Of a stretch of DNA of 60,687 nt, positions 59,733 to 60,687 are shown piece by piece. The position numbers and the translations under genes are program-made. The stretch lies in IMG/VR virus record IMGVR_UViG_3300044641_009778; one strand, given 5' to 3'. The stretch is from an uncultured virus (IMG/VR IMGVR_UViG_3300044641_009778) (Duplodnaviria > Heunggongvirae > Uroviricota > Caudoviricetes). Below the pieces are notes generated by a model. The model was not told the origin of the DNA and ran no database searches. It saw only the letters and a list, made by a program, of their open reading frames with translations. The stretch's first letter is position 1, and each line of letters starts with the position of its first letter.

Positions 59733-59832
59733 AGTCTTCTCCTAGGTTAATTAGGCATACGCCTGCGTATATCTATACAGGCATGTGCTGAATTTACATC
59801 ATGAAAATCATTATAAACAACTAAAGGCGTAT

Positions 59833-60423
59833 TTAAATTTTCGAAATTACTGGAAATCTAATGTCAAACGTTATATTAATTCTATGTCTGTCACTGCGAT
59901 TGGTTTCAGTTTCATGTGGTAGCCAAGCCGGCCAAATAAACAAATCACCGTCATTGGGTGAAACTGCATATGGACCAACGAACGGTGCACGAGAATTACA
60001 ACCTTCGGTCATAGCCGGGTTGCTAAAAATAATATCACCAGTGCCAGTTCCTTGCAGATAATAAACTGCTACGTATTGATATAGTTTATGATCATGCAAT
60101 TCGATTTTGCTACCAATTTGGTTAATGTTAGTACAATAACTTATGTGTGCGTCTTCAAAAAATCGACACTTGTCTTTGTAAATGGGATCATGTTGTTGAT
60201 AATAGGACACAGCTTCATTGACTGTTTGTTTGATTTCTGCTACTAACCATTCAAGATTACTGTAATTAAAATAACTACGCCAACACCCACGATAACTAAA
60301 TCCTATATTATCATCATTGTTGTTATACGCAGACCAAGCTTCATCAATCAACTGTTGCCGCTGTTCTGGAGTACCTACATTTTTTATAAACACATCGGCC
60401 TGTAGGATTGGAAGTCTTTTCAT
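59833..60423 (-). CDS. Putative 2OG-Fe(II) oxygenase
   Basis: HDH...AVYYL...GDIIF.NP...P.DGDLFIWPAWLPH...N...RINITFD double-stranded beta-helix motifs. Confidence 0.85.
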   Translation of the reverse strand: MKRLPILQADVFIKNVGTPEQRQQLIDEAWSAYNNNDDNIGFSYRGCWRSYFNYSNLEWLVAEIKQTVNEAVSYYQQHDPIYKDKCRFFEDAHISYCTNINQIGSKIELHDHKLYQYVAVYYLQGTGTGDIIFSNPAMTEGCNSRAPFVGPYAVSPNDGDLFIWPAWLPHETETNRSDRHRINITFDIRFPVISKI

Positions 60424-60446
60424 TACTAAAATATAAACCGTTTCTG

Positions 60447-60616
60447 AAAAATGCCGGGTATTCTGTTACGAGGAACCCGGCGAACCCTAAGCAGCGATTA
60501 GGCTGCTAATGCATAACTTTCGTCATTTGCATTTATGGTTTTGCTTGATTTACGGTCATCGCCTACCGTGCTGTCCACTTGCCTACTCCTGACCCTGTCG
60601 AAACCATGTCTGGCCC
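60447..60616 (-). ncRNA. ssrA: tmRNA, coding piece of a probable two-piece (permuted) gene
   Basis: 5' end GGGCCAGACATGGTTTCGACAGGG; pk1-like region; ATAAAT then resume codon GCA; tag ANDESYALAA* at 60530-60498; stop-codon hairpin; final GCCGGGT/ACCCGGC stem followed by a T run. Confidence 0.92.
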
Positions 60617-60687
60617 ATCAGAAGTGTCCTGCTGTTCACAGGTCGGGAATTCCAGTCCTCGGAGTCTTGTTAAACTCCTACATACCA

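Overview
This window is part of the genome of a T4-like (myovirus) bacteriophage. Most of it is the virion morphogenesis module on the minus strand: partial major capsid gp23, then gp22, gp21, gp67, gp20, gp19, gp18, gp17, gp16, gp15, gp14, gp13, several very large fibre/baseplate proteins, gp8, gp7, gp6, gp25, PAAR, gp5, a hub protein, gp53 and gp48. An inverted plus-strand block follows (gp4, gp2, gp54, gp26, gp51, holin, tape-measure-like gp29), then gp32, gp59, gp33 and accessory genes. The most striking items are missed by the ORF track and lie in the last 1.1 kb. One is a 24-aa PqqA precursor peptide gene (MKWTTPSAQDMRFGFEITMYIANR) for the cofactor PQQ. The other is the coding piece of an apparently two-piece (circularly permuted) tmRNA with tag ANDESYALAA. 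Also notable: a 1488-aa gp5 tail spike with three predicted envelope-degrading domains (SGNH esterase, lysozyme-like, M15 peptidase), a probable -1 frameshift joining gp26 and gp51, and late promoters placed to give leaderless mRNAs. All assignments come from motif recognition and synteny by eye; no database searches were run.
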